61,455 nt of DNA, filler included, from Stramenopiles sp. TOSAG23-3 (GCA_900128585.1; 13 parts of 13 records of this genome joined end to end with filler, not necessarily neighbours in it); one strand, 5' to 3'; counted from the first letter of the whole stretch, positions 10,035-21,789 are shown. A program made the numbers and translations. The notes: generated from the letters alone by a model not told the origin.

Positions 10035-11306
10035 ATGGTGAGTCGTTTTGTTGAAAACCTTCTTTATGGGGAACGCTTCGCCCATTTAGAACAGTGGAAA
10101 TTCATAGATTTCAAAAATATGGGGGTAAATTTGCCGTCCTTTGTTTATTGCGAGGCATTTTTCGGTTTGCTTTTCGCTCTGTCCTGGTACCATGCGTTCT
10201 GCCTGCAAAGCAGTCAGGCGAAAAGGAGATACCAAATTTGTTTGTTCCTCGCTGCGTTGTTGGGGGGTGTTGGAAACGACGTCATCTTCACCTTCCTCCC
10301 TTTGGTGGATAATTTCTGGCATTCGCAAGGCACGGTAATGCTTTCGCCCCGTTTTCCACTTTACATTCTCTTTTGGTACGCAGGCTGGCTGTACATACCG
10401 TTTAGCATAGCGTCAAGTATGAGAATAGCAGCAGCCAGCCCGTTCGTCGAAGCTGCGATGGTCAGTCTTCTCAGCGCATGCTTTTACTTGCCCTGGGATT
10501 ACGTCGGTGCAAAGTTCGTTTGGTGGAGTTGGCATACCACCGATAATGCACTCGGGGAAAGGTGGCTCGGTGTGCCAAGTGCAAGTACGTTGTGGACGTT
10601 AGTGTTCGGGTACATGTGGGCATTCATTGTCCGAAAATGTTTGGGAGAGAAAAAATCCAACGAGGAACACGGGCTCTCAGTAGGAGTCTGCTTCCGCACA
10701 CTATGCGCCGTGTTCACCCTTTCCGTCCCGCTTATGATGGTAGGCATGAGCTGTTTGGGTGGGCTGTTAACGTTCCAGCTTCCTGCGCCACCCACTACAC
10801 TGAGCGTTTTGTTTACGACGGTATTGCTCCTCTCAACGTTTGTGCACTCACTGAAAACGGTGGCAGTGCCCAAAGTCGAAGGCCGACCGATCAACCCGGA
10901 CAATATTTGGCTTCTTCGACTTCTCGTTAGACTGCATTTTCTTTTTCTGTTCTGCGTGCTGATGGTGTTTGATCCCAGCAATCACATTTCGACGGGTGTT
11001 CATCAAGAGTACGGCCCGTGCGGTGTAAAAGCACTCGATATATCTGGCCTCTCCCGCTCATTGTACACTTGCCCAGAAGATTTAGGGCAGTCGTACGTTC
11101 AGCATTCTGTAGATTCGTGTGGTGTGAAGAGCAACAGAGAAGTAATTGAACCTTCCATCAATGGTAACACGACGCATTGGTACAGCATATGCGGTAAAGC
11201 GAAGGGTGATAACTGGGTGATCCATGCTTGCATCGTTTTGGGAGCCGCATTTACTCTTTTTGAGGTGACGGTTGTGGCTTTCCTAGGGGAAAAGGGAAGA
11301 ATATGA
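10035..11306 (+). CDS. Uncharacterised multi-pass membrane protein (conserved VDNFWHSQ family)
   Basis: 423-aa ORF with about 9 hydrophobic segments. Motifs VDNFWHSQGTVML..RFPLY, D..GAKFVWWSWH..D and HISTGVHQEYGPC. Confidence 0.75.
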   Translation: MVSRFVENLLYGERFAHLEQWKFIDFKNMGVNLPSFVYCEAFFGLLFALSWYHAFCLQSSQAKRRYQICLFLAALLGGVGNDVIFTFLPLVDNFWHSQGTVMLSPRFPLYILFWYAGWLYIPFSIASSMRIAAASPFVEAAMVSLLSACFYLPWDYVGAKFVWWSWHTTDNALGERWLGVPSASTLWTLVFGYMWAFIVRKCLGEKKSNEEHGLSVGVCFRTLCAVFTLSVPLMMVGMSCLGGLLTFQLPAPPTTLSVLFTTVLLLSTFVHSLKTVAVPKVEGRPINPDNIWLLRLLVRLHFLFLFCVLMVFDPSNHISTGVHQEYGPCGVKALDISGLSRSLYTCPEDLGQSYVQHSVDSCGVKSNREVIEPSINGNTTHWYSICGKAKGDNWVIHACIVLGAAFTLFEVTVVAFLGEKGRI

Positions 11307-11505
11307 TTTCATGGCTGCGCGCCTTCAACCCCAACCACAGTATCATGTTATTATGCCAGGTGTAATATATAGCTGTGGAACTTCATATATCAATTAAATT
11401 AACCTCTCGTAAGTATTTACGAGAGTAGGTATCATAATCAAAAAAAGAGGAACGAGAAGTACAAAGTATCTTATCTCTCGTGTTATGGTTTAAAAGTCTA
11501 CGGTT

Positions 11506-12777
11506 CTATAATTTTGAGCTAGCACTGCCTTGCCTGCCAATAGCTTGGCGCACGGCGAAGTCGAGCAAAATTTCTTCGGATCCACCTGGTATTGCCTGGG
11601 CGCGCACTTCGCGATAAAGCCGCTCAACAATCATGCCGCGTCCTTCCTTGATTAGACTGCTTCCGCCAAAGATCTGAGAGGCTTCTCTTGCGCAGTATTC
11701 AAAAACCTTAGTGGCGTTCACTTTGAGCAGCGCACATTGGGCCCCCATGTGTGTGTCTGATATCCCATTGCTAAATTGAAACGCGACCCTTTCCAAGTTA
11801 TCATGCAAGCTCTCCACCAAACGAAGCATTTCAGCGAGTTTAAACCGAATGACCTGGTGTTGGTTCAGGCGCTTACCAAATGTTTTTCGTGTCTGCGCCT
11901 CCAGAAAAGATGCCTCGTAACACATCCTGGCGTACCGAACGACGGCGGCGGCGATGACGAACCGCTCGTGATTAAAGTTGCGAACTATGTATTCGAATCC
12001 CTTGCCTTGTTGCCCAATCAGCATGCGCTTGTGAACTTTCACATCGTCCATGTTTATAAACGTCGTTCCGTGGCAAGTGTCAAATTGGGTTTTCATTTTA
12101 CGAATGCGGAGGCCCTGTGTGTTCGCCGGCACGAGAATTATGGACGTCCCAGCCATTCCAGCACCCCCCGTTCGGACAAGCATGGTAAAGTAATCGGCCA
12201 TATGCCCACCTGTAATCCACTTTTTGCTACCGTTAATATAGAAATAGTCCCCTTTCAGTTCCGCTGTCGCCTGAATGTTGGCCACGTCGGATCCCGCACT
12301 TGGCTCAGAGATTGCTAGTGAAATGTTTAACTCCCCAGTGACAACACCTTCGATCACTAGGTCTTTTACGTACTGGGTCCCGTAGTCAATGATGGGCGGA
12401 AGCGCCATGCTATTGATAGATAATTGGCCTAGGGCGCCGCCGCCACCGGCCCGTGACAGTTCATCCCACAGGATCAACTCGTGAAAAGCGTCAAAGTCCG
12501 GTGGGGGCGTCCCACCGTTTTCTTTCGGAAACAAAGCACCATTAATCCCCGCGGCGTAAGCTTTCTTATGAAGGGCCCGGGGGTACCCTCCTTCCTCGAT
12601 CCAGTCGTCCACGTAGGGCTTAATTTCCGTTTCAACAAAATGCCTCACTGTCTTTCGGAAGTCAGCGTGAGTCTTTTTGTAATAAGGAGAATAGTATCCT
12701 TGGTACCAGTAAGGCTCGCACCCAGGAGTCGTATTCCCAAACTGGAAGGTAAAGTCCAGGCCGCCACGCCTCGTCAT
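11506..12777 (-). CDS. Acyl-CoA dehydrogenase
   Basis: LAISEPSAGSDVA, INGSKKWITGG, FNHERF, QIFGG and ERLYREVRAQAIPGGSEEI motifs. ATG at 12777. C-terminal SKL suggests peroxisomal targeting (PTS1). Confidence 0.95.
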   Translation of the reverse strand: MTRRGGLDFTFQFGNTTPGCEPYWYQGYYSPYYKKTHADFRKTVRHFVETEIKPYVDDWIEEGGYPRALHKKAYAAGINGALFPKENGGTPPPDFDAFHELILWDELSRAGGGGALGQLSINSMALPPIIDYGTQYVKDLVIEGVVTGELNISLAISEPSAGSDVANIQATAELKGDYFYINGSKKWITGGHMADYFTMLVRTGGAGMAGTSIILVPANTQGLRIRKMKTQFDTCHGTTFINMDDVKVHKRMLIGQQGKGFEYIVRNFNHERFVIAAAVVRYARMCYEASFLEAQTRKTFGKRLNQHQVIRFKLAEMLRLVESLHDNLERVAFQFSNGISDTHMGAQCALLKVNATKVFEYCAREASQIFGGSSLIKEGRGMIVERLYREVRAQAIPGGSEEILLDFAVRQAIGRQGSASSKL

Positions 12778-13204
12778 TTCTCTTCGTATAATTTGCACAA
12801 TGGTCTTCTTGGACAACGACCCTTTCGATCTTCAAAACAAAAATAGTAGCACTGCTTTTTAATGAGCACAATCATATCGCAAAACATAAATAGAAAAGGC
12901 AGTTTTGTAATTGACTATGCCGTTCGTTGTTTCGCTGGGAATAGAGAGTACATTTAGAGTATAGGGTTGGGTGGCTTACAGATGATGTTATTAAACGGGG
13001 GTTGAAAATAAAGCACGTCGTCGGTCGTCGTCGGTCGTCGTTCGTCGTGTGGTATTTTAATATCTTCTTAAAATATTATTCTTTTTTTTTTCATTCGATA
13101 ATATATAATGCTGTGACTATATGTATAATTACTATAATTAATTGCCCTTCGTTTATCACAGTGGTATGAGGTGTAGTAATTATCAATACTCATCATTCCA
13201 ACAA

Positions 13205-14128
13205 TTATGGTCTAGCAATAGCGGAGTGAGATGCATATCGTTGGCGCGTGCCTTGGCTCTGCACTTGAAAGAATTTATTCTCTACTGCATGTGCGTCCTC
13301 TTGCGTGAGATAAACTTCCCATTTTCTGTTCGAGCGATCGGTGAATATAAGTTTAGCCAGCTGGATTAATTGCGGTTCAATGAAACGAAAACGCCCAGGC
13401 CGAAATGCGTGCGGGGTAAAGTCTCCCATTGTCAAACGACCTCTCTCAAAAGTTCCTTTAACCCTGTCGTACACTGCAGGTTTCACTTTTCTAGCCACGT
13501 ATCGTCCTGCAGTGATCCGCCCCAGACGTTTACGCTCGCGAGTGATGCATGCCACTCGTGTCATTATCAAAACCTCTACCACGATCGCGAACATGACCCA
13601 AACCCACGGCCCCATAAATCGTGAATGACAACGGCCACATTTGTTATCTGCACGATGCAAATGTCCGTCGGGATCTGTCTGCAAAGACTTGGCGTCTTGC
13701 TCGGGGCAGTACCAGTAGGGTTGGGATATCTCGCAATTGTCGCCTTTCCAGCCGGTTCTACAGTGGCACATACAATTCAAAGTTTTGCCATAATGCTGAC
13801 CACCGTTTTCGCACTTTTTCCCGCCCGGCCCGGCACTGCAGTCCAACGCGATCTCACAATTTACCCCTCCCCACCCAGCCTTACAACTACAGCTGCACAC
13901 ATTTGTTTGGTTGGTAGGGTAATAGCCTTGTGCAGCCCCGCCGTTTACACAATCTTTTTCGTTGGGACCTTTAGTACACCGTGTCAGCTCGCAGTTTGCA
14001 CCCCCGAATCCTTCATCGCAAATACACCCGCAAGTGGTGTTCTGGCCAGCCTCACCCCTCGACCCATATGGGGTTGCACCGTTAAGGCAAGGCTTTCCAT
14101 TCTTCCCAAACTTACAAGGTGGAAGTTG
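13205..14128 (-). CDS. EGF-like repeat single-pass membrane protein (5'-truncated)
   Basis: Frame is open to the contig edge. Three C.NG...C.C..G(F/W).G.NCE repeats are followed by TM segment WVWVMFAIVVEVLIM. Confidence 0.85.
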   Translation of the reverse strand, partial: QLPPCKFGKNGKPCLNGATPYGSRGEAGQNTTCGCICDEGFGGANCELTRCTKGPNEKDCVNGGAAQGYYPTNQTNVCSCSCKAGWGGVNCEIALDCSAGPGGKKCENGGQHYGKTLNCMCHCRTGWKGDNCEISQPYWYCPEQDAKSLQTDPDGHLHRADNKCGRCHSRFMGPWVWVMFAIVVEVLIMTRVACITRERKRLGRITAGRYVARKVKPAVYDRVKGTFERGRLTMGDFTPHAFRPGRFRFIEPQLIQLAKLIFTDRSNRKWEVYLTQEDAHAVENKFFQVQSQGTRQRYASHSAIARP

Positions 14129-14851
14129 GNNNNNNNNNNNNNNNNNNNNNNNNNNNNNNNNNNNNNNNNNNNNTTAATTAATTAANNNNNNNNNNNNNNN
14201 NNNNNNNNNNNNNNNNNNNNNNNNNNNNNTTATTATCATTATTATCAGAATAATATTACAAAACACAAGGAAGAGAACGTATTATAGGTAGCAGCAGCAG
14301 AGGGAGGGAAGTTCAAAAACCGTTATTCTAAATCAAAACGACTCTTGATAGAAGATTCGATAATTCATCATTAATATAAAAAACAATTAACATAAAAATA
14401 CAATGGATAAAATATAAAAAATTAATTGTTGAAACAACATGGAAGAAGAAGAAGAATATTTTTTTTAATTATTATTTTTTTTTTTATATATTATTATCAA
14501 AATAATATAACCAAACAACACCACACAACAGACACAAAAACAACAACCGAAAAAAAAAAATAAAAAAATAAGAAGAGGCACCACAGGCGGCCAACAATTA
14601 AATGAATAACAGAAACAAAAAAAGAGCAAAGCGAGGAAGCACGCAATGTTTGTAAAAGGAAAATATTTACAATAGAAGATGAAATTGGCACGAAGATAAA
14701 ATCAGACCATTCGATTGAATACAAATATTAAAGAAAAGAACGCAGCAAAAGAGGTGGTTGGTAACTAGTTTATCAAAACTTTAACTTTGAAAGAAGCATT
14801 CGCAGAGAGTTTGTCCAGCAGTTACCTTTGCAGGTTTCGAGCCCTTTCAAC

Positions 14852-15550
14852 ATGTTTTTCTGGTTGGAATATGGTAATGGGGAACGAAAAATGTTTAATA
14901 CAAATTGTAGGTCTTCCATTTTGCTTGATCACATATCTCAACTATGTTTAATGGACTGTGTAAAATACGTTACAGATAAGATGGAAGAGGTGAACGAGTC
15001 CCTTGAGGACATTAAGCTCAACATTGCCGCGGTCAACAAGGCGGAGGCGGAGAAGACCGCCGAAGAGGACGGTGAAGTTGGAGGCGTCGAGGGAAGCGAG
15101 GCGATAGACAATTCAGATTTTGATCCTGAAAAAGTATTAGAGCAATTGGGGGAGATGGAACGGCTAAGAAAACTTCAACGCGAAGCGCTTGTAGAAGCAG
15201 AGAAAAAGCTGGAAGGCTGCACCACCAAAGATTTAGACTTGGCAAAAGACGATGGGACACTGGCCAACCTTTCCGCCCTGGGCAACAATAGTGCGAAAGA
15301 GGTCATTCCCCCCAAGGGATCGTACAACCTGTGCCGTGTCGTCGATGGCAAAGCAGAGTTTTTGCGGTTTGCAGTACCTCCGGATGGGACCTTGGGAAGC
15401 TTAGACGAGATATTAGGATCCAGGCGTGCAGTTCGGCAAGTCCCAAAGAAAGCTGGACAGCACAAGCGGAACAAAACGGAAGGGGTTTCAAAAAAGGCGT
15501 TGAAGGACAGCACAAACGCGCACAGGCGCTCGCACACGGCATTGGCGTAA
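14852..15550 (+). CDS. CXorf65/C22orf15-like protein with coiled-coil insertion
   Basis: The N-terminus MFFWLEYGNGERKMFNTNCRSSILLDHI and the later DLAKDDG...KGSYNLCRV match the family pattern as I recall it. Confidence 0.55.
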   Translation: MFFWLEYGNGERKMFNTNCRSSILLDHISQLCLMDCVKYVTDKMEEVNESLEDIKLNIAAVNKAEAEKTAEEDGEVGGVEGSEAIDNSDFDPEKVLEQLGEMERLRKLQREALVEAEKKLEGCTTKDLDLAKDDGTLANLSALGNNSAKEVIPPKGSYNLCRVVDGKAEFLRFAVPPDGTLGSLDEILGSRRAVRQVPKKAGQHKRNKTEGVSKKALKDSTNAHRRSHTALA

Positions 15551-15638
15551 AATTGCGTTTGCCGTAGTATTTCGCGTAACAATTGTACAAGGAAGCACTA
15601 AAATACGCATGGTTTAAAAATTATTTACGGCCGGTAAA

Positions 15639-18024
15639 TTAAACTAAAGAGAGATGGCACCTAAAATCGTGCGTCTGCACTCCGATAATTACCGCCGTTA
15701 CAGACAGTGCAATCACCACGATGGAGATGACGGTCACTTCCGTCAAGACCTGCCAGTACCGATTCTCTGCGAGGGACGGCTTTTTGTGTGCAGCTTTCTT
15801 AAAGTGCAAGGGAATGCTGGTCACTCGCCGGTACCCTGCAGTGTTGTTCAAGTGCTCGTTCTCGAGCCGAACAAAACTCCAAATGGTCCGTCGCATAAGC
15901 TCGAGCCCCGGGGCAACGCTCCCCACCCACTCGAGGCGAATGACCGAAATAGGGTTGTTTACCGCCCCAACGCCAGGCAGTATGGTGGAGATCCAAAAGA
16001 AGCGCAGGAACAAATCCACCAAAGCGGCGAAGTAGTACAGCCATTGCCGGGAGTACATCCGGGTTTCTCGCAGCTGACAGCAGGAACGCTTCCCCTCGTC
16101 CCCGCCCTCGCTTTCGAATATGGACCAATCTTGAAACAAGTCCCAGTAGTACATGTACAAGGTAGTAACTACGATCATGACGAGCCAGACCTTGTCCAGA
16201 AGATCGTCAAACCCCTTGCTCGTGACGGCGTTAAAGATTCCAAACAACTGCACCACCATTGCCAGGGCGTACTTGAAGGCATTGGCAATGTTCCTGGACT
16301 TCCAGGCCCGGGACTCTTCCTCGTCCACGAACCGCCGGACCTGCTGACAAAAACGTATGAAATAGGGTGTCACCAACAGCAGCCGGGTGACGTTTTCGTA
16401 GAGAGAGCTTTCCAAACAGAAATTGTGCTCTTCAATGTGGGAGTGCGCCCAGCTCAGGTGCACGGAGTAGCACAGAAGGTACACCACGTCGACCAAGGGC
16501 TTCGTCATGCTCGTCAGCACGTCGCCCGCAAAGTTCATCATGAACGTGACGTTCCGGCAGCACGGCGTCACCGTGTGGAATATGATCACCCACGTCGACT
16601 TTCGCGGGCCGCAGCACGACCGCAGCGTGTGCCACAGAGCATATAGTATCAGGATCAGCGTCACTATCCCAGGGTGTTCCCAAAACCAACCGGTCAGCCC
16701 CAGGCTGTTCGACATCATTTTGAAGTGCAGCAAAAACAAGGCTAGAATGACAATCGTGTGCCGGGCCGCCATTTCAAAGATGGCCGAGCTCTCCTGGCTC
16801 ATCCGGGGGTCCAACTCGAGCATGTACAAGTAGTTGACTCTCCCAGCCTCCCACACGTACAAGCTCGCGCCCCAGCACCATAGCCAAAACACAATGTACA
16901 TGATCCCTCGGTACACCGGAAACTCGTTCTGGCGCCAGTGCCCAATCGCTTCCTCCCCGGTCATGTTCGAGTTCGGGGGCAGGAACTTTTTGTCTATCAT
17001 TGTCCCCCCCCCGCAGCGATATGTCCACTACAATGTCCCACGTGATCCAAATCAGCAGCACGGACACGACGCCGTACAAACAGCCTCGTGCTCCCGTGCG
17101 AGCGATCAGCTGCTCCTGGTTGTTCCGCTTGAGAAGCAAGTCGCCTTTGGCAAGGTCCATGTTTCCGTTGTGGAAAAAATCCGCGTACAGCCGTTCGTGC
17201 TTCTGGATCAGCACGTCTATTTCTTCGTGAGCCATGAACGTTTTGGAGGCAGAGACGACGCCCACCGAGGTCTTCATCAACGATTGCTCCGTCACTTTGT
17301 CGTGCTTCTTCAATATCTTGACCACGGCCGTGTAGTTCAGCACGCAAAAATTCAGCAAGTAGCTCGCTTTCTTGGACGACTCCCCGAAGGCCCGTCGGAG
17401 GGACTCGGCCGCGAGCAGCGCCGGGCTGTTGACATCTTCCAGGTCCAAGTCCATGTTCGCTTGGACGTCAAACGACCCCGACCGCCCCCTTGCCTCAGTC
17501 TGCTGCTTCAGCAGCCGGTATGCCTCCTCAACCTCCCCCACTAGCTTGCGGTAGAACTTTTCTGCCTTGTTGATCTCGTCCAGAAGTGCCCGGCGAAACA
17601 GGTTCTCCCCCCACCTACTCTCCACGCCGTCTTTCTCAATCTCAAAAAAGTGTTGCTCGACGGGGTCCTCGGTTCCTTCTTGAAACGTAAACTCCGCCGC
17701 GGACTTTTCGTAGCCAACACCATTGCTACCAGGAGAGCCGATAAGGGGTATTCGGCCAAACTTCGGGGTCCCGGTCGGGGAAGAGGCCAGAGAGCTCCGC
17801 GGCGTACTGCCTCGCGATCTCCCGTACCGCAAAAGGCTCAGCACGTTCGTCGACGGGGAGGCGGCCACACCGCCGAGGCTGCGGTAGGAGCCACTGTCCC
17901 CCATTAAATTTGGCGAAGGGTTAGCCGGATTGTACAACAACTTTTTTAGCCTTCGGTAGTCGATGTAATACTTGGACCATTTGTCTACAATGTTGGACGC
18001 AAGTTTTTCTTCGAAGCGTACCAT
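15639..18024 (-). CDS. XPR1: SPX-EXS phosphate exporter (XPR1/PHO1/SYG1 family), split by a +1 frameshift at the G9 run 17004-17012
   Basis: SPX motifs MVRFEEKL...WSKYYIDYRRLKK and LNYTAVVKILKKHDK. EXS motifs NFAGDVLTS, YYWDLFQDW, LRFFW and LELMRRTIWSFVRLENEH. Removing one G joins the two ORFs. Confidence 0.9.
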
Positions 18025-18311
18025 GGTGGCGACGCTTGAATACTCTTTGGCGTCGGGTCGAGGTCTACCTGACGACGGGGCAGAGTAGTAATTTATTTGT
18101 TGTTCTTCTTGTTCAAATTCAAGAGGTAGAATACTGTTCATACTCTGGCACACACACAACCATACACACAAAGAGAGAGAGAGACTCACAAAGAAACAGA
18201 CGATCAGTACACAAATTAAACGATCGTACATTTATTTTCTTCCCTTCTTCATGACATTATTTATATATATACTACCTATTATCGACGACGAATGAAGCAG
18301 CATTTTTAATT

Positions 18312-18343
18312 NNNNNNNNNNNNNNNNNNNNNNNNNNNNNNNN
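18312..18343. other. Internal scaffold gap (32 N, no linker)
   Basis: N run lacking the TTAATTAATTAA spacer. Confidence 0.95.
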
Positions 18344-19797
18344 TAAAATGACGAAAAAACTTATTATTTTAACCAAAAAAAGTTCTCTTTTATTTTCACT
18401 CTACGCATTTATATAGGACATTATTACAAGTACAAAAACTCATTGCATTTTATCGCAAAAACTTAATAATTTTTTTTGAAACCAACCCTTTTATCGTTTT
18501 GTATTCTATTCTAATGTGTTTTGATACGTAAATTTACCTCTACTATACGAGGAGTACTAAATCAGCTGATCGTTTTCATAGGAACAAGTAAATATATTAG
18601 CATACAATATTTAGTAGTTAATTATAGATTCGGGAACATGCGAATTCGCGTATTTTCTGATTTTCTTCTGTGATTTTTTTCTGATTTTCTTGTTTTTTCA
18701 GGTTTTTTTTTGTTTCAGGTTTTTTGTTTCTTCAGGTTTCAGCACAAAAATTTGGTTTCAGCACAAAAAAAGAAGACATCATCATCATTTTTATTATTTT
18801 TTGTTTTTACATTGTTGTTGTTGAGTGGTTCTGTATTTTATAAAAATACCATAATAATGCTGTATAATANNNNNNNNNNNNNNNNNNNNNNNNNNNNNNN
18901 NNNNNNNNNNNNNTTAATTAATTAANNNNNNNNNNNNNNNNNNNNNNNNNNNNNNNNNNNNNNNNNNNNGACTTTGTGTTAACTATTTGAAACAAAGAGA
19001 TCTTTATGAAAAAAGAATATTTTTTTGAATTTTAAAGCGTCAAAAGTGGTTTTAGATGCATAAAATTATGCACATTTGTTTCATTTTTCTAAAACATACA
19101 AATTAACACGTGTTTGTTCAGGTGGCGTTTTGTCCAAATCGTCCATTTCCAAGAAAATTGTCCCTAGGAACCGCAATTCCAAGTCAATTGAGGGCTAACA
19201 ATTTATAAACGTTTGTTTAGCTCCGGATATCGCGGGTCAAAGAATTGCCTGGTCTAAACTTATGCAGATAGACGTCCCCCGTGCTTTAACTTGTCATTTC
19301 CTATCAAACTGCTAGCATACTTTGAAAATCGTGTCGGATTTTTATTCGCGCCAAGCCGACGTGCACGTAAAATTACCAGGGGCATACTATAGAGAATTTC
19401 GTTTAAAAAAATGGCTTTCTGCCAGGAAGAGAGAAATTGAGAAAAAGGAAAAAAAATGTCATCTCATCGCGAAAAACTGGCAATATATTAGTCTCTATAA
19501 ACTCCAAAAAGGTTTACATATACACAGCATCACATTGCATGAACAAAAAAAGATAGTCTTCTTGGATCTTTGTCCATTTTATAAAATTATTTGTGTTTTG
19601 TGTCTGTTGCTGTGCAAGGTTCTTTTATTATTAGATAAAATTTTATAAAAAACGAAACTTCGAAACATTTTACTGCCCTACCGGTACCGGTAATACACCT
19701 GGTACCGGTACCTTCAAATTAAAACACTTACTTCCTCGTACTCCTTTACAGTACGCTTGTGATTCCCAAGAAAATATGAAAAACATTCTCTTTCTTG

Positions 19798-21327
19798 TTA
19801 AATGGCGACACTGCCGGTATCGGTACTGATTTCATCCTCCGCTGCCCCAGTGTCCAAAGGCACGGTAATTACCCGTTTTCTAGAGCCACAGTACTTGCAA
19901 TAAGAAATGCCAATTCCCAGCATGATGACGCCCAATAGCACAAAAGAAACAGCCAACAGGACAGGGTTTGCGTCAACAAGGGATCCCCTAGTGCGTGAAA
20001 GTGTCCCATCGTCCACCGTTACAATATGTTGTTCTGGGTATTGTTTGCCAATCCAAGACACCTTTGCGGGTGAGAGGTGCGATAGCATATCCCCCAACCC
20101 GAGTTGACCGAAAGAATTGTGGCCCCAGCATTCAGCAGTGGAGTCATTGAACAAAGCACAGCAGAATTCATCACCGGCACTCATCGATACCACCGATCTA
20201 TTCTCGTAATTTCGAAAATCTATACGCTGCAAGTGATCCCCCATAGTTGACGCTTTGTCACCCCTTGTCAGCGTATCACCGTAGCCTAGTTGCCCGTAAA
20301 CATTGTTCCCGAAGCATTTTGCACCACCGTTATCTAGCAACACACACGTGTGATATGCACCAAGTACCACGTTTAAAACTCTGCGATTCTTTCCAACGTT
20401 CACAAACTTCAAGACATTGCCCATTTCACCGGGACGATCCCCTACATTGCCAAGATTGCCAGAGCCGAGTTGACCATAGTTGTTCCTGCCCCAACATTTC
20501 ATTCCGCCAAAGTCAAAAACTGCGCAAGTATGGTAACTGCCTGTCTTGACACTGGTCACGCTATCATTAGTTCCCAAATTCACAGTCCGAAGCTGTTCAC
20601 CAAGCTCGTCCGCTTGATCGGCAATTTTTGTTGTTGTTCCCAACCCAAGCTGGCCATACTTTCCGAGGCCCCAGCAAGCCACTTTATTTGGAAACTTGCA
20701 ACGAAACAGACCACTGCAAGAAACATCTACAAGCAACACACACGTATGGTACGCACCAGCAGTTATTTGTATGGGCTTTAAATTTGTCCCAAGATCTACG
20801 GACGGCAAATCGTCTCCCATGCTCCCGTGACGCCCGCCTCGATTTATTATATCGCCAAGACCAAGTTCACCGTAGCTATTGTGTCCAAAACACTTTACTT
20901 CATGATTGTCAAGAAGGACACATGTATGCGATAAGCCAGTTGCCACTTCTACTGCTGTTCTTCCAACGCCAAGGCTGACTTTAGGCAATGCATCGCCCAT
21001 GCCGGTCAGCAAAGTGTCACCCCTGTCTATCGTGTCTTCCAGCCCAAGCTGGCCATAGCGATTCGACCCGAAACACTTCAAATCGCCCCTGTCCAAAATA
21101 ACACACGTATGGCGCCCCCCTAGGCTGATTTTTGTCACATTTCTGCCTGATCCAAGCGGCACTTGACGAAGCGAGTCCAAGGTTGCCAAGTATGTCCCAA
21201 CATTGTTCGTCCGTCCATTCCCGAGTTGCCCATAAGCACCAGAGCCCCAACACGAAATTTGCCTATCCTTCAAGATGGCGCATGTGTGTGAGCCCCCACA
21301 AGCAATTTCAACAATTGTAACCGGCAT
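19798..21327 (-). CDS. RCC1/BLIP-II repeat protein with C-terminal transmembrane helix
   Basis: About seven G..HTC.......KC(W/F)G.N.YGQLG repeats with MGD.LP.V.LG spacers, and TM segment VLLAVSFVLLGVIMLGIGI. First ATG at 21327; the 5' end is uncertain. Confidence 0.9.
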   Translation of the reverse strand: MPVTIVEIACGGSHTCAILKDRQISCWGSGAYGQLGNGRTNNVGTYLATLDSLRQVPLGSGRNVTKISLGGRHTCVILDRGDLKCFGSNRYGQLGLEDTIDRGDTLLTGMGDALPKVSLGVGRTAVEVATGLSHTCVLLDNHEVKCFGHNSYGELGLGDIINRGGRHGSMGDDLPSVDLGTNLKPIQITAGAYHTCVLLVDVSCSGLFRCKFPNKVACWGLGKYGQLGLGTTTKIADQADELGEQLRTVNLGTNDSVTSVKTGSYHTCAVFDFGGMKCWGRNNYGQLGSGNLGNVGDRPGEMGNVLKFVNVGKNRRVLNVVLGAYHTCVLLDNGGAKCFGNNVYGQLGYGDTLTRGDKASTMGDHLQRIDFRNYENRSVVSMSAGDEFCCALFNDSTAECWGHNSFGQLGLGDMLSHLSPAKVSWIGKQYPEQHIVTVDDGTLSRTRGSLVDANPVLLAVSFVLLGVIMLGIGISYCKYCGSRKRVITVPLDTGAAEDEISTDTGSVAI

Positions 21328-21789
21328 GAGTGCCACCGTGTCGGGTTAATCTCCGGAATACTATATCTGCACCATTTTTGTAGCAATCAGTCACGTATAT
21401 GGAGTACAATCTTAGTCCAGCAACCAGGGGTATTATTTTCGACCTATGCTACTTTCCCTCAATTTTTAAATTGCAATAAAGTAGGTGATCGTTTCCAAAG
21501 CATCTGCAGCTATTTCCGAATATTCATATAATAATGGGCAGCAAGCAAAAAATATGCAATGAAGAACGACACAACGAGACAAAATCAATAATCTCACAAA
21601 TCATCAAGCCAATCATATGTGAGTTACACCGTACCCACCTGTATAAAAATAAACGAAGATCTCTTTTTTTTATTAAACATGAATAATAGACTAACGAACG
21701 AAATAGAGAATAGTTATTATTAATAATATGGATTATTATGGATGATATTTAATAATGCGACTATTTTGAACAAAATATATAAGTTTATT

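Noticed and set aside
11404-11425. 9-bp hairpin CTCTCGTAA/TTACGAGAG between convergent genes
   Set aside because: A single short instance in a eukaryote gives no basis for a terminator call.
18650-18770. Repeated TTTCAG(G/C) units resembling stacked splice acceptors
   Set aside because: A low-complexity tandem repeat near a contig end with no adjacent exon.
19199-19648. Possible ORF or pseudogene with one in-frame TAG
   Set aside because: No recognisable motif, AT-rich composition and no good start codon.
19679-19712. TACCGGTACCGGTA palindromic cluster
   Set aside because: A short low-complexity palindrome with no supportable function.
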